In this document: piece after piece, positions 63,936 to 64,000 of the stretch
How positions within the stretch are numbered: position 1 is the stretch's first letter
Layout: every line of letters begins with the position of its first letter
NCBI GenBank assembly: GCA_001179505.1
Contig: CDMY01000231.1
Span: 1-64,000 of the forward strand
DNA from: Vitrella brassicaformis CCMP3155
Taxonomy: Eukaryota; Protista; Chromerida
DNA length: 64,000 nt
Direction of reading: 5' to 3'
The notes under the pieces: generated by a model
What the model was told of the DNA's origin: nothing
The model's input: only the letters and a program-made list of their open reading frames with translations
Databases searched by the model: none
Position numbers and translations under genes: made by a program

Positions 63936-64000
63936 AAAGACCCCCCACACACACAGACGAAAGCGTTGTACGCAAGAAGCCCGCCACACCATCTCTGAAT

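Overview
Eukaryotic, intron-rich, GC-rich genomic DNA with short GT-AG introns full of (CA)n, (CAGA)n, (CAGT)n and (CATC)n microsatellites, and four ~300-N scaffold gaps. The style and gene content (nuclear petC remnant, apicomplexan-type PKS/FAAL, NPC1-related RND protein) suggest a photosynthetic alveolate such as the chromerid Vitrella; this is inference only. The main signal is a group of lipid-related genes across about 44 kb: a Delta12/omega3-type desaturase (-), a FAAL-ACP-thioester-reductase gene whose reductase has lost its NADPH and Tyr/Lys motifs (-), a Patched/NPC1 RND transporter (+), a reducing type I PKS (-), and a secreted PLA2 head-to-head with the PKS (+). The PKS reads KS tail only-AT-DH-ER-KR-ACP-linker-[gap]-KR-ACP-linker-intact R-sulfotransferase-like domain with altered catalytic residues. 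The two R domains share a 71-nt exon with identical intron phases, so they are paralogues. Also present: a MICAL-like FAD monooxygenase with a signal-peptide-like N-terminus, a frameshifted petC pseudogene, direct repeats around the desaturase, and an ~11.6-kb block bounded by inverted, tandemly repeated arms between the RND gene and the PKS. Exon boundaries were read by eye and many are approximate.
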